From a virus, in the IMG/VR virus record IMGVR_UViG_3300009545_000003, positions 5,568 to 69,567 of that record: 64,000 nucleotides of DNA; one strand, written 5' to 3'. Position 1 is the first letter of the stretch, and each line of letters opens with the position of its first letter. The notes beneath the pieces were generated by a model. That model saw nothing but the letters and a program-made list of their open reading frames with translations. It had not been told where the DNA came from and made no database searches. The position numbers and the translations under genes are program-made. Positions 9,379 to 19,687 of this stretch are shown here, one piece after another.

Positions 9379-9939
9379 ATGCCAGCATCAGTCATCCCTG
9401 TAAAAGGACTGTACCTAGGATTCGTCGGGAGCATCAGCAGCGAAGGCTATTCCCTTCGGTCCGAGAGGCAAGTAAAGCCGACAGATACTCTAAGTATCGC
9501 GTTCGGTGAAACTGCCGTTCTTAACACGGACAACACATATTCCAGTGTTGCTTCGTTTATCGCAGGTTCAGGTACGTTGACTGCCAGTGTTCCTGTAGGA
9601 ATCGCTGTTAGTAACGTGAATATCAACCCGACGTACAATGTTCAAGGAACTAATGGGGCACCTACTCCTGGAGGATCTTATCTTCCTGGTCAGCCTTGTG
9701 ATCTCCTTGTTCAGGGTACTATCAACGTCTATTGCCCTCACGGCACCCCGACTGCCGGTGGTAACGTTTACATTCGAACTGTTCTTAATGCTTCTGTTTC
9801 GAGTGGCGTTGTCGGTGCTCTTGAGGCTTTGGCTGATGGTAGTAACTCAGTCCTTTACCCCAACTTTAAATGGAAGACTGGTTTCCTGGAAGTAGATGGC
9901 ACAGCACAGGTTACCATTCTTGCTCGTCAGATCCCGTAA
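9379..9939 (+). CDS. head decoration/cement protein
   Basis: Between protease and capsid; GTINV...PTAGGNVYIR motif. Confidence 0.75.
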   Translation: MPASVIPVKGLYLGFVGSISSEGYSLRSERQVKPTDTLSIAFGETAVLNTDNTYSSVASFIAGSGTLTASVPVGIAVSNVNINPTYNVQGTNGAPTPGGSYLPGQPCDLLVQGTINVYCPHGTPTAGGNVYIRTVLNASVSSGVVGALEALADGSNSVLYPNFKWKTGFLEVDGTAQVTILARQIP

Positions 9940-9966
9940 AGCGGAAGAAAGGTCGATTAGAATACA

Positions 9967-10977
9967 ATGAGTCTAAATCCACGTGAATATGAGCAGAATC
10001 TTCAAGCTCTGCGGAGTGGAAAAGTCCTTTCTGATGCTGCTGCGGCTGCAACGGGACAGACTTTTCTTATGGCGGAGCTTGCCAAACTAGATCCGGTGGT
10101 TCGTCTGCCTTTGGAGAACTACACCTATCTTCGCGATCTTCCCATTGATCGCGGCGGTGGTTGGATCATGAACCATATCGCCCACAACGTAGATTTTCGC
10201 GGGCCGGCTGATAACTCAGCAGGATCTCAGACCAACGATTCTCGCGTAATCGAATACAACAACAATCAGGACGTCTGGCCCGTGTTTCCGTACCAAGTAC
10301 GCGTTCGGATTCCGATCGTGGAATCTTTGCGTATGGCACAGGTCGGCCGTAGTCCTCAGGACCTCCTGGATAAGGGTGTTCGCGTTGACTACAGCAAGAC
10401 TCTCGATCGCCGGGCATATGCTGGCTTCGCGGGAATCTATGGATTGGTAAACAATCCTGCTTCGACTGCAACAGCTCTTCCTGCCACTGGTACTGGTTCT
10501 ACCATTACCTGGTCAACGAAGACTCCTGTTGCGATTCTCGGTGACTTTAACTTCATGGCTCTAACGATTTGGAACGCTTCTGGTAACGCCCCTGGCGCTA
10601 TGCCTGATCGATTCCTTATTCCGCCAACTCAGTACATCATTCTGACTCAGCCAATGGCGCTTGTTGGTGGAACTCAGGGTTATGCTTCAATCGCAGATTA
10701 CGTCAAGAGGAATTATCTTGGTGCTGCTTTTGGAATTGAACCTGAATTCTATCCTCTGCCGGCATGGCTCGATGGTCAGGGTCCAAGTACTTCACAGGAA
10801 ATCATCGCCTACAAGTACGATAAGGATTGCCTGAGCTTGGGTATTCCTCAGGAGCTCACTCGGTTTGGTGCGCCTCCGTCGATCGTATCTGGATGCTTCG
10901 AATTCTTGTACCTGGCGAATATCGGAGTAGTCAAGATTAACCGGCCTACGACCGTTGGTTTGTTCTACGGCTGCTAA
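9967..10977 (+). CDS. major capsid protein (DUF2184/encapsulin-like HK97 fold)
   Basis: Size, position, GIYGLVNNP, PDRFLIPP and G..INRP motifs; terminator follows. Confidence 0.88.
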   Translation: MSLNPREYEQNLQALRSGKVLSDAAAAATGQTFLMAELAKLDPVVRLPLENYTYLRDLPIDRGGGWIMNHIAHNVDFRGPADNSAGSQTNDSRVIEYNNNQDVWPVFPYQVRVRIPIVESLRMAQVGRSPQDLLDKGVRVDYSKTLDRRAYAGFAGIYGLVNNPASTATALPATGTGSTITWSTKTPVAILGDFNFMALTIWNASGNAPGAMPDRFLIPPTQYIILTQPMALVGGTQGYASIADYVKRNYLGAAFGIEPEFYPLPAWLDGQGPSTSQEIIAYKYDKDCLSLGIPQELTRFGAPPSIVSGCFEFLYLANIGVVKINRPTTVGLFYGC

Positions 10978-10996
10978 CCTTTTCCTGGCAAGGAAC

Positions 10997-11036
10997 ATGC
11001 GGGTCTCTACTGGTCTCAGGGGACCCGCATTTTTTT
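10997..11036 (+). terminator. rho-independent terminator after capsid gene
   Basis: ATGCGGGTC/GACCCGCAT stem followed by a T run. Confidence 0.8.
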
Positions 11037-11048
11037 AAGGAGAGTCAC

Positions 11049-11537
11049 ATGATTATTAGGTCTAGTCGGCATGTTAATCTACACTCAAAGTCTCAAGAAG
11101 CTACGAGAGCAGATCATCATGGCCTTCTTCACGTTCCGGCTAACACTACTGTTAGAGTTCCCAATGATGTTCTCGATCATCCGGGTAACAGAATGCTGTT
11201 TGACGATGGAACCATAACTGAATTCGGAAAGAAACGCAAAAGACCAACGGATGAGGAAATTCAAGACGCAAGGTCACAATCAGAGCTTAAGGGAGAAGAG
11301 CGTCCGATTAAGCCTCTTGAAGATGAAGATCCTCCCCTTCAGACTTCTTCAACCACCTCTCAGATTCCACAAGCACCAGTCGTTACATCGGCTGATGCTA
11401 ATCAGCAAGCTAAAGGTACGCCGACTCCGGTTGCGCAGGAAGTTCCTTCCTTAATTCCTACTGCTGAAGAAGTTTCTGATGAAGAATCAGGTGAACTTGA
11501 TGAAGAAGTAGAAGTAGAGGAAGAAGGTAAGGAGTAA
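11049..11537 (+). CDS. hypothetical head-associated protein with acidic tail
   Basis: AAGGAG RBS; post-capsid position. Confidence 0.6.
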   Translation: MIIRSSRHVNLHSKSQEATRADHHGLLHVPANTTVRVPNDVLDHPGNRMLFDDGTITEFGKKRKRPTDEEIQDARSQSELKGEERPIKPLEDEDPPLQTSSTTSQIPQAPVVTSADANQQAKGTPTPVAQEVPSLIPTAEEVSDEESGELDEEVEVEEEGKE

Positions 11538-11539
11538 TC

Positions 11540-12289
11540 ATGGGTAACTATGGGTTTCCAGATATAGCAGGTTTCTATGACATGCTGTACGGCACTGCCG
11601 GAGTAGATTTCGGTGGCCTTACTCTGATGTATTTCGGCGGGGCAGCTGGAATGGTATTCTCTGGAAACCCACAGTACACCCTAACTGATTTTCTGTCTAT
11701 TTATCCTAAATTCTTTGGCCCGCCTACTGAACTTACTACAATTGTCATAGTTCTAAATTCTCCAATAGTTTCTGGCTTGACTTCACAGCAACTTGCTGGA
11801 ATTAAAGTAGGTCAATTAGTAGTAAATCTTAATTCCATTCCGAAAGATACTTTGGTTGAGTCCATAAACACAGGCACCGGAACAATTACTCTTACAAATG
11901 TAGCTACCGCTAATGATACTTCTCTCACAGTATACAAAGCACCGTGGGCGCCTTTGATTGTGATGATGACTTATCTTCAGCTTGCTTTAGCTTGTGTGAT
12001 GCAGGCTAGATATAAGCAGATGTGGATCATGCAGGTAGCTTATTTTGTGGCACATTACATTACTCTCTACCTAAGAACAGAAGCTGGTCCTAATATCACG
12101 GCTGCTCAAGTAGCCTCATCTGGATTGACTAAAGGAATTATCGTCCACAGAGCGGCTGGCGATGTAAGTGCTAGTTCAAAGGTGATTGACGGCTGGGAGA
12201 ATTGGGGTGCTTGGGGCGAAACTCAGTATGGAGAATTGTTTATCACAGTAGCTATGTCTACTTGTGCCGGACCTATATGGGTGCCCTAA
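11540..12289 (+). CDS. head-tail connector (DUF4054-like) with inserted beta domain
   Basis: F...YPKF, YFVAHYITL, GDVSAS and W..TQYG motifs. Confidence 0.75.
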   Translation: MGNYGFPDIAGFYDMLYGTAGVDFGGLTLMYFGGAAGMVFSGNPQYTLTDFLSIYPKFFGPPTELTTIVIVLNSPIVSGLTSQQLAGIKVGQLVVNLNSIPKDTLVESINTGTGTITLTNVATANDTSLTVYKAPWAPLIVMMTYLQLALACVMQARYKQMWIMQVAYFVAHYITLYLRTEAGPNITAAQVASSGLTKGIIVHRAAGDVSASSKVIDGWENWGAWGETQYGELFITVAMSTCAGPIWVP

Positions 12290-12985
12290 ATGGCTTTCAA
12301 TTTTAGGAGAGACGATTTAGAGTATTGGCGAGCTAAGAAACGCGGTAAAGAAGCCGCGGCTGAGCTAGAAAAGTCAAAAACTCCTAAGCGAGAAAAAGTT
12401 TCTGTTGAAGTAATTAAGAAGGGAAATGCTCAAGATTTCTTTATGGGAATCAAGAGAATTGGTTCCTCTATGCTTCTGGTGGGCATTCCAGGAGATACTT
12501 CAACAGCAGCCCGTAGGAGAAAAGAAATTCAGAAGAGGATCGAAAAATTCACTTCTACTAAGAAATCAAGTGTTCTTAAGAAAAAGACACTAGTTAAACT
12601 CAAGAAAAGATCTACTCTTGGCAATGCTTACCTTTTAAGGTTGTTCGAGAAGGGTTCTCCACTAAAACAGCAACCTCCAAGATCTGTTCTGAAGGCTTCT
12701 CTTTTTTATCCTCCTACAAAGAAGAAAATTTCTGAAATGTTGGCGCAGGCCTCTCAGCTTCAGGTAGAAGGAGAGACTACACAGGCTCAGGCAATTCTGA
12801 AGAAAGTAGGAATACTTGCCTCACAAGCCGCTAGGGACTGGTTTGAGAATCCTGCTAATGGATGGCCTGGTAACAGTCCAGCTACTATCAGAATGAAGGG
12901 TTTTGATTCTCCTGGTATCTTCACGAACACCATGAGAAAAGCTATAACCTACTTGTTAAGAGAAGAGAGAATCCCAGATGAGTGA
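12290..12985 (+). CDS. neck protein (basic)
   Basis: LLVGIP, PPRS.L and WPGNSPATIRMKGFDSP..TNTMRKAITY motifs. Confidence 0.7.
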   Translation: MAFNFRRDDLEYWRAKKRGKEAAAELEKSKTPKREKVSVEVIKKGNAQDFFMGIKRIGSSMLLVGIPGDTSTAARRRKEIQKRIEKFTSTKKSSVLKKKTLVKLKKRSTLGNAYLLRLFEKGSPLKQQPPRSVLKASLFYPPTKKKISEMLAQASQLQVEGETTQAQAILKKVGILASQAARDWFENPANGWPGNSPATIRMKGFDSPGIFTNTMRKAITYLLREERIPDE

Positions 12986-13391
12986 AGTAGATGATCTAGC
13001 TTTTGTAGTAGACGATGGCGTCTTATCTGAAGGATACCAGATTTCTCGTTCTACTGGCTCATTTCAACTTGGTGGTTGGGTTACTTCCTCAGTAACTATT
13101 CCTGGCTATGGAGTAGTTTCAGTAGCTAGTGAAGAGGATTTAGACATAATTCCAGAGGCTGACCGAGTAACCGGGGCAATGGTCTTTCACTCTCAGCAGA
13201 GAATTTATCTTACTCAATTAGATGATGAGCAAGGAGATCCAAATGCTGGAGCTTCTGATGGTGTTGATCCTACTCAAAGAGTAAGTGATATTATTCTTTG
13301 GGGTTATACTTCTTGGAGAGTTTTACACGTTGGACCATACCCGAACCGTAATTTTTGGAAAGCGATCGCAGTCAGATTGGCTGGTAACTAA
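12978..13391 (+). CDS. head-tail adaptor/closure protein
   Basis: Position; DLDIIPEADR and DII.WG motifs. Confidence 0.65.
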   Translation: MSEVDDLAFVVDDGVLSEGYQISRSTGSFQLGGWVTSSVTIPGYGVVSVASEEDLDIIPEADRVTGAMVFHSQQRIYLTQLDDEQGDPNAGASDGVDPTQRVSDIILWGYTSWRVLHVGPYPNRNFWKAIAVRLAGN

Positions 13392-14218
13392 TGCAGAGTA
13401 TCCAATATCCTGATGGGAACTTATTCACTTCAGACGCTCATACTGATAAAGAAGTTGAAACTTTATTTCAGTTTGTGGCTGCTCAATTATTGGGAATTCT
13501 AGCATCTCCACTAGTCATAGATGTGACTCTTACAAATGGTGTAGACGTTGTTCTTCCTAGTCAACCTGATCTTCCAAATGACACTTGGCTTATTTACCCT
13601 GGTCAGTCTGTCTCTGGTACTGGTATTCTACCAGGAGCTACAGTGGTTTCGGTTGACTCACTAGCGGGGCTAGTAACATTAAGTAATAGTGCTACGCAAA
13701 GCGGAGTATCTCAACTGACATTTACTGATTCTCTAGCTTTTGCTAAAGTAAGAATCGGTTGGCTTAGACAAGGTCAACCAGGTCCTTCTATAGATAAGGA
13801 CACTGCTTTCATAAGGTGCACTACAGAAGATTCTCAGTATTCCAGACTTAGAGATAATCAATTTTCTGGGCAGACTGGGACTTTTACGGATGTCTTCACT
13901 AGAACTTGGACGAGTCATTGGACTTTCTATGGGCCTAGTTCTACTGGAAACTGTAAACTGATTCAATCAGGGTTGATTAAGTCAGAATTTGCTACAAAGT
14001 ATCTAGCAAGCAGTAAACTGTACATCAATCCATCAATTGAGGAACCTTCTCGAGGTCCTGAGAAATTCCAAGGTCAGTGGTGGGAAAGACAGGATATGCG
14101 GATCGACTTTAATGAGGAAATCACAGAAACACTTACTGTTGGTACTGTGAAATCTGTTGAAGTTAAGATCTATAACGAAACTGGTCTAGAAACCGACTTT
14201 ACGGTCACTGCGCCATAA
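13391..14218 (+). CDS. tail terminator/neck protein with inserted beta domain
   Basis: Position before sheath; TFYGP and QWWERQD...FN motifs. Confidence 0.65.
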   Translation: MQSIQYPDGNLFTSDAHTDKEVETLFQFVAAQLLGILASPLVIDVTLTNGVDVVLPSQPDLPNDTWLIYPGQSVSGTGILPGATVVSVDSLAGLVTLSNSATQSGVSQLTFTDSLAFAKVRIGWLRQGQPGPSIDKDTAFIRCTTEDSQYSRLRDNQFSGQTGTFTDVFTRTWTSHWTFYGPSSTGNCKLIQSGLIKSEFATKYLASSKLYINPSIEEPSRGPEKFQGQWWERQDMRIDFNEEITETLTVGTVKSVEVKIYNETGLETDFTVTAP

Positions 14219-14248
14219 CACAGTTACGACGTAAGGAGTCACTAAAGT

Positions 14249-15673
14249 ATGTCATCCAATCCGTTACCTCTTAGCATCATTGCGGACGTAACTGTGGTGA
14301 CCAATTCACCTCAAGTATCCGCACCTACTTTCAATAAAGGGCTGGTCGTTGATTCTTCAGCTCATATTCCATCTTCCGAACGGGTTCGAGAGTATCTCCA
14401 AGGAAATTGGTCCTCTGAGATGCTAACTGATGGATTCACTTTAACAGATCCTGCTTATATAGCAGTTGGCCTTTACTTTGCACAACCTCAGCCTCCAAGA
14501 GCCGTTCTAGTCGGTAGATTAGATGCTACTGCTCTTCAGACCATTGCAATAAATACTCCTGGCACTGGTTGGGCTGTTGGTGATACGTTCTCAATTTCTG
14601 GTGGAACTGGCGGTGTAGGTGTTGTTCTAGCGGCTGCGTCAGGAATCCCATCGTCTATTGGAATAGTTTCTGGTAAGCAAGGAACTGGCTATGCTACTGG
14701 TACTGGAGAAACTACGGCCGCAGTAAGTCCATCTGTTGGAACTGGATTGCTAGTGGATATCTCAGCTATTGGAGAAACTCCTCTTCAGGCTTTTCAGTAC
14801 TGTAGACTTGCAAATGCTGAGTGGTATCCTGGCATGGTGTGTGGAGCTGCTAAGGCTGACCACATTGCAATTGCCGCATGGACTCAGACTCAAGTTGGAA
14901 CTCTGTACATGGGTGTAACATCTGATGCTGATGTTCCAACAGGAACTGCCGGCAATGTTCTTTTGCAGATATTTGCCGCCAATTCTAGTAGAACCTGGAT
15001 GCAGTACGCTACAACTCAGAGTGGCTTGTATCCTAACCAACCTTATTTCGCTGCTGCTGTTATGGGCAGAGCAATGGGTTCTAATACTCAACTTTCAAAT
15101 TCTTCTTTCACCATGAAGTTTAATGCTGGACTTCCTCTGGTGAATGTTTTCGTAGAGCCTCTGACTTCAAGTCAAGTTGGAAAGATTGAAGGTACTACTC
15201 CAGGTGAAGGTCCTAACGGTAACCTTTATCTGAATTATGCCAACAAGTTCAACATTCTTGAACAGGGAACAATGATGGCAGACCTGGTCTTTATGGACCA
15301 GATGGTAGGGCTTGATGTACTAGCTGCTAACATTCAATTCAATGTTCTAAATAAGTTGACAACACTTCCCAAAGTTCCTCAAACAGATGCCGGTCAACAG
15401 ATTCTCGTACAGGCTGTTGAAGATGCTCTGGCTCAGTCAGCGAATACGGGATTCATTGCCGGCGGAATATGGGAAGGTCAAACCATCGATGTTGGGAGCA
15501 GTAAACTAGTTGCTGGTACTGCTCTTCCACTTGGCTACCTTGTTCTGACTCCTAAATACAGCAGTATGAGTCAGTCAGACATTCAGGCCCGCAAAGCTCC
15601 TCCAATCTATGTAGCACTTATCGAGGCTGGGGCTGTTCACTTCGTCACAATTGAAGTTCTGGTCCAAGCATAG
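14249..15673 (+). CDS. tail sheath protein (DUF3383-like)
   Basis: YFAQPQPP, KVPQTDAG, GFIAGGIW, ARKAPPI and AGAVH motifs. Confidence 0.9.
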   Translation: MSSNPLPLSIIADVTVVTNSPQVSAPTFNKGLVVDSSAHIPSSERVREYLQGNWSSEMLTDGFTLTDPAYIAVGLYFAQPQPPRAVLVGRLDATALQTIAINTPGTGWAVGDTFSISGGTGGVGVVLAAASGIPSSIGIVSGKQGTGYATGTGETTAAVSPSVGTGLLVDISAIGETPLQAFQYCRLANAEWYPGMVCGAAKADHIAIAAWTQTQVGTLYMGVTSDADVPTGTAGNVLLQIFAANSSRTWMQYATTQSGLYPNQPYFAAAVMGRAMGSNTQLSNSSFTMKFNAGLPLVNVFVEPLTSSQVGKIEGTTPGEGPNGNLYLNYANKFNILEQGTMMADLVFMDQMVGLDVLAANIQFNVLNKLTTLPKVPQTDAGQQILVQAVEDALAQSANTGFIAGGIWEGQTIDVGSSKLVAGTALPLGYLVLTPKYSSMSQSDIQARKAPPIYVALIEAGAVHFVTIEVLVQA

Positions 15674-15685
15674 AAAGGAATATAG

Positions 15686-16126
15686 ATGACAACCTATGCC
15701 TTTAAGAGTATTGTGGGAGCGTTTACGGATCCTGATGCCGGAACATTTCCATTTGAGGGTCAGCAAGGCGTGAAGAACATTACGGTCGACTATAGCATCG
15801 ACCGTACTGTTCATGATGTTGCCGCAGATGGCACTGTCATGGTCAGCTATGTTTCTGGTAGCAATGGATCATTCACGTTTGAGACTCAGCAGAATAGTAC
15901 CTTACACCAATTCTTAGTAAACTGGGCTAATATCAAGTTTACTTTGAGTGAGAATCAAAACGCTCAGAGATTTGCAACTGGAGCCATTAAAGTTGTTGAT
16001 CTCCTTAGCGGGGCTACTCACATTCTAACTGGTGTTACTCCTCAGAAAATTCCTGACAAGCCATATGGTCCTTCAGGTGGTTTCGTTACCTGGAAACTTA
16101 TGGCAGCCAATGTCATAACGATGTAG
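15686..16126 (+). CDS. tail tube protein
   Basis: Follows sheath; VAADG.VM.S...G...Q.S motif. Confidence 0.8.
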   Translation: MTTYAFKSIVGAFTDPDAGTFPFEGQQGVKNITVDYSIDRTVHDVAADGTVMVSYVSGSNGSFTFETQQNSTLHQFLVNWANIKFTLSENQNAQRFATGAIKVVDLLSGATHILTGVTPQKIPDKPYGPSGGFVTWKLMAANVITM

Positions 16127-16142
16127 AACTAGGAGATCGAAA

Positions 16143-16520
16143 GTGGAAAATCGGCAAACTTCAAGACAGATAACGGTGGGGGAAAGAACTTTCGAGGTTA
16201 AGAAGATGGATCCTCGAACAGCATGCTGGCTCTATACTACTTTAGCGGCCAGAGCTGACAGCGGAACCATGATGAACGCTCTAGGAAAATTACCTCGAGA
16301 AGAATACACAGTGATAGAAAGTGAAGCTTTAAGACGAGTCTACTTTTTAGATGATAAAGAGGGAAACACTTTTCCTACTCCTATTATAGGAGCTAGTGGA
16401 GTAGTTACCTTACCTCTAGAAGCAGATGAATTAATGAAACTTCTAGCAGAATCACTGGCGTTCAGTCTTTCCCCTTTTCTAGTCGGCCCAGAGTCGAATT
16501 CACTGAACAACCAGAAGTGA
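16143..16520 (+). CDS. tail assembly chaperone
   Basis: Between tube and tape measure; slippery heptamer CCCTTTT at 16472-16478. Confidence 0.75.
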   Translation: MENRQTSRQITVGERTFEVKKMDPRTACWLYTTLAARADSGTMMNALGKLPREEYTVIESEALRRVYFLDDKEGNTFPTPIIGASGVVTLPLEADELMKLLAESLAFSLSPFLVGPESNSLNNQK

Positions 16521-16717
16521 ACTGGGAACCGACAGAATATCCTACATTGGATCCGTTTCTGATGAGACCGGTTCAAGCGGGATTTTGGAGACTCCACGAA
16601 ACATTCGACGGAACATACACAATAGATGATCTTTTTGATATCGTGGAGTTTCTAGACGTTCGACTAGAGAATGAAAACCGGGCTGCAGCCTGGAGAAGGT
16701 CGCAGGAACATGGCTGA
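16517..16717 (+). CDS. tail assembly chaperone downstream (-1 frame) part
   Basis: MRPV..G.W...E..DGTY.IDDL pattern; frame is open back to the slippery site. Confidence 0.7.
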   Translation: MNWEPTEYPTLDPFLMRPVQAGFWRLHETFDGTYTIDDLFDIVEFLDVRLENENRAAAWRRSQEHG

Positions 16718-18344
16718 GAATATCCTTGAAAGTTATTTTATAAGAGTTGGAGCCTTACCAGACACCGCCTCTTTTCACAAACTTGGATTTGTGCTCAAGG
16801 ATTCTCAGAAAATCGTAGAAGGTTTCACTCTAGGCTCTGCATCCGGATTTCTTAAATTTGAAGCAGTAGCTGTTGGTGCATTATCTGCTATTGGCCTAGG
16901 CCTCATCGGCTTGGCTGACAAGACAGCTATGACAGATCAATCGTACAGGTTACTTGGTCTTCGTATGATGATGACTAAGGAATCTGCCCGTGCTATGCAG
17001 GTTTCTCTAGATGAATTAGGAGCTACCATAGATGAGGTAGCGTATGACCCCGAGCTTAACAAGAGATTTCAATTTCTGTATGAGCAGAATATTAAGCTCG
17101 GAAGAGCCATGGGTGGTAGTTTCGATGAAAACATGAAGAGAATCCGAGACTATCGGATGGAAGTAAAGAGATTTACTACTGAGTTTGAATTTCTTCTTGG
17201 TGGAACGATTTCTAAACTTTTCGAAAAAGCTGGCTATAGCAGTGATGATACCCTCAGAAAACTACAGGATCTTAATGAGTGGTTCACTACAAATCTTCCT
17301 GGAATTTCTGATGAAGTATCTTCTGATCTTCTTCCTATCTGGACTGACTTTAAAATAGTTATTTCAGATATAGGAGATATGGCTAAAACAGCTGCGGGAG
17401 ATTTTCAGTATCTGTTTGGAGCATTAAGTGGAGATGACTCAATAACCACTACCGATGTTAGTGCTAAGAGTCTTCTAAGAACTTTAGATGATATCGTCAA
17501 TCTAGTCACAAAAGTGATCATCTCTTTTGATCTGATTGGAAAGATTGGTGGTCATGCTTTCATGTCCATAGCCAACAGCGCCATTGCTGCTTTTGATGCT
17601 GCTAGTGGAATGGCGACTTTCAATGATCAAAAAATCAAAGAATCCAAGCTTTACTTAAATAAAGCTGCTGATGAAGCTGTTTCTACCGCAGCCGATGTTA
17701 GAGACTATTTCTCTAGTAAAGGTCACTATGACAATTCTGATTTTGCAGCTGTAAATAAGTACAATGATACTCATGGTCCAATTAGATCTGAAGTTCTGTC
17801 TAAAGCTCCTATGAATTATTCAGGAGCAGGGACTACTAGCATGAGATCTCTTGCGGAAATGGTCTCTAGTAAGACAGGAATTCCATCTAATCTAATTCTA
17901 GATCAGTGGGCTCATGAGACTGGTGGTTTTTCTAGTTCTGTTTTTAAATCGAAGAATAATGCTGCTGGTATTGAAAACAGAGATAAGACATATAAGCAGT
18001 ATGCTACTCTGGACGAATTTGCTTCTGACTACGCGAAAATCCTTACCAGCAAGAGGTACAAAGACCAGGGAATTCTAGAAGCTAAAGACATAGACCATTT
18101 TGCGGCTGCGCTGAAACGTGGTGGATACTATGAAGATAGCTACAAGAATTACGCTGCTGGTATGCAGACTTGGGAAGGGAAGATGGGTGGTGGAGATATT
18201 ATCATCCATAACCAGCAGATAACTATTCCTCCAGGTACTTCTCCTGCTCAAGGAAGTAAAATGGTTTCTGATGGTTTGATGGAAGTTCTTAGGGGCAGAG
18301 ACCAACGAACGATGGCTCAAACAGCTGGAGGAGCTTTTCACTAA
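16710..18344 (+). CDS. tape measure protein with C-terminal glucosaminidase (GH73-like) domain
   Basis: Helical N-terminal part; QWAHETG, NNAAGI and FAAALKRGGY motifs; start MAENILES. Confidence 0.85.
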   Translation: MAENILESYFIRVGALPDTASFHKLGFVLKDSQKIVEGFTLGSASGFLKFEAVAVGALSAIGLGLIGLADKTAMTDQSYRLLGLRMMMTKESARAMQVSLDELGATIDEVAYDPELNKRFQFLYEQNIKLGRAMGGSFDENMKRIRDYRMEVKRFTTEFEFLLGGTISKLFEKAGYSSDDTLRKLQDLNEWFTTNLPGISDEVSSDLLPIWTDFKIVISDIGDMAKTAAGDFQYLFGALSGDDSITTTDVSAKSLLRTLDDIVNLVTKVIISFDLIGKIGGHAFMSIANSAIAAFDAASGMATFNDQKIKESKLYLNKAADEAVSTAADVRDYFSSKGHYDNSDFAAVNKYNDTHGPIRSEVLSKAPMNYSGAGTTSMRSLAEMVSSKTGIPSNLILDQWAHETGGFSSSVFKSKNNAAGIENRDKTYKQYATLDEFASDYAKILTSKRYKDQGILEAKDIDHFAAALKRGGYYEDSYKNYAAGMQTWEGKMGGGDIIIHNQQITIPPGTSPAQGSKMVSDGLMEVLRGRDQRTMAQTAGGAFH

Positions 18345-19129
18345 TGTCAAGCGGAATGTTTCTACCTGCAGCTCTTTCATTAGCTGCTTTTACTTCTGAG
18401 CAACTGATATTTGGAGCCAGTGAAAATCCTCAATTAGACATCGCAGGAGGAATATGGACTCCTCCTCAGTACTCAGAACCAGCTCTAACTATTTTAAGTG
18501 TGATTCAACCTCCATTTACAATTAGTGCTAGACAAGGTTCTCCAGTTCAAGTTGACTACGTCTTTGACGCTGTTTTTAGATTGACACACGCTAGAAGACT
18601 AAGAAAAACTTCTCATCCTGTTCTAACAGGCGCTAATATATCAGATCACGCTTATATCGAACCTGCTAGGGTGACGTTAGAGATTGGAATGTCAGATGCT
18701 ATGGCGTCCTATTCTCAAGGAGTTTGGACCGGGTTTTCTACAAAGAGTATATCTGCTTGGCAGGTAATTAAGAGTCTTCAGATCAGTAAGACTCTTATAA
18801 CACTAACTACTAGATTAGATACTTACATTAACTGTCTAGTTCTGGATGCTACGGCGCCAGATGATAACAAAACTAAACATGCTTTAAAGGCATCGATAGT
18901 TTTAGAAGAAACACTATCGGCAAGTGTAACTTCTGTTCAGTCAGTTAGTGCAAGATCTCAGTCCACTGATTCAACTTCCAATGGAGTTATTCAATCTCGA
19001 GCTCCAAATTCAGCCCAATTAGAGCAGAATGCTTTACCCTCTGATCTTTATCCGGGTGTTAAAACTTATCCACAAATTCCAGGATCAGGAGACGTTAGTA
19101 GTAATAACTGGAGCAGAACTCTAGACTAG
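18344..19129 (+). CDS. baseplate/tail initiator (Dit-like) protein
   Basis: TSHPVLTGANISDHAY motif. Confidence 0.75.
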   Translation: MSSGMFLPAALSLAAFTSEQLIFGASENPQLDIAGGIWTPPQYSEPALTILSVIQPPFTISARQGSPVQVDYVFDAVFRLTHARRLRKTSHPVLTGANISDHAYIEPARVTLEIGMSDAMASYSQGVWTGFSTKSISAWQVIKSLQISKTLITLTTRLDTYINCLVLDATAPDDNKTKHALKASIVLEETLSASVTSVQSVSARSQSTDSTSNGVIQSRAPNSAQLEQNALPSDLYPGVKTYPQIPGSGDVSSNNWSRTLD

Positions 19130-19137
19130 GAGATAGG

Positions 19138-19563
19138 ATGTCTCTTCAAGTAATTCCTTTGACTATTTCTCCTAATCAGCAGGCTACTGTTCTTTTAACT
19201 GTTGATGGAGTATCTTTACAGTTAAACGTAGCTGTGAAGTATAATCAGATGGCTGGGTACTGGATTTTGAGCATATCTGATGCCAGTGGAAATCTTCTTA
19301 TAGACTCAGTTCCAATGCTAACAGGAAGTTATCCAGCTGCTAATATATTAGCTCAACAGGCCTATCTTAAGATAGGAAGCTGGTACATAGTGAATGTGTC
19401 TAATCTTTTTCCTAAAACTGGTAGTAACACTGGATATGGAGAAGGATTCTATGGTGCTGGTCCTTATGGTGGTGAAGAAGGATTTGGCGGATTAGACTAC
19501 CCGAATGATACGAATCTAGGAACAGATTTTCAGCTCTGGGTGGATGACACACCGCTCTTTTAG
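19138..19563 (+). CDS. baseplate protein
   Basis: IPLT..PNQ...YN...GYW.L.I.D..G motif; position. Confidence 0.7.
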   Translation: MSLQVIPLTISPNQQATVLLTVDGVSLQLNVAVKYNQMAGYWILSISDASGNLLIDSVPMLTGSYPAANILAQQAYLKIGSWYIVNVSNLFPKTGSNTGYGEGFYGAGPYGGEEGFGGLDYPNDTNLGTDFQLWVDDTPLF

Positions 19564-19569
19564 GTCTAG

Positions 19570-19656
19570 TGTGCAAATACTGGATGATAAATTATACATT
19601 ACCTGTATGCACAAGTAAACCCTTGGTATCCCTGGATTTCCCTGGAGTGACCCTGG
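19570..19656 (+). repeat. dispersed palindrome + CCCTGG element, copy 1
   Basis: TGTGCA 19570...TGCACA 19613, then CCCTTGG/CCCTGG at 19620, 19630, 19640, 19651. Confidence 0.85.
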
Positions 19657-19687
19657 TATTAAACAAAATGATCAATTGGGTGATTAA

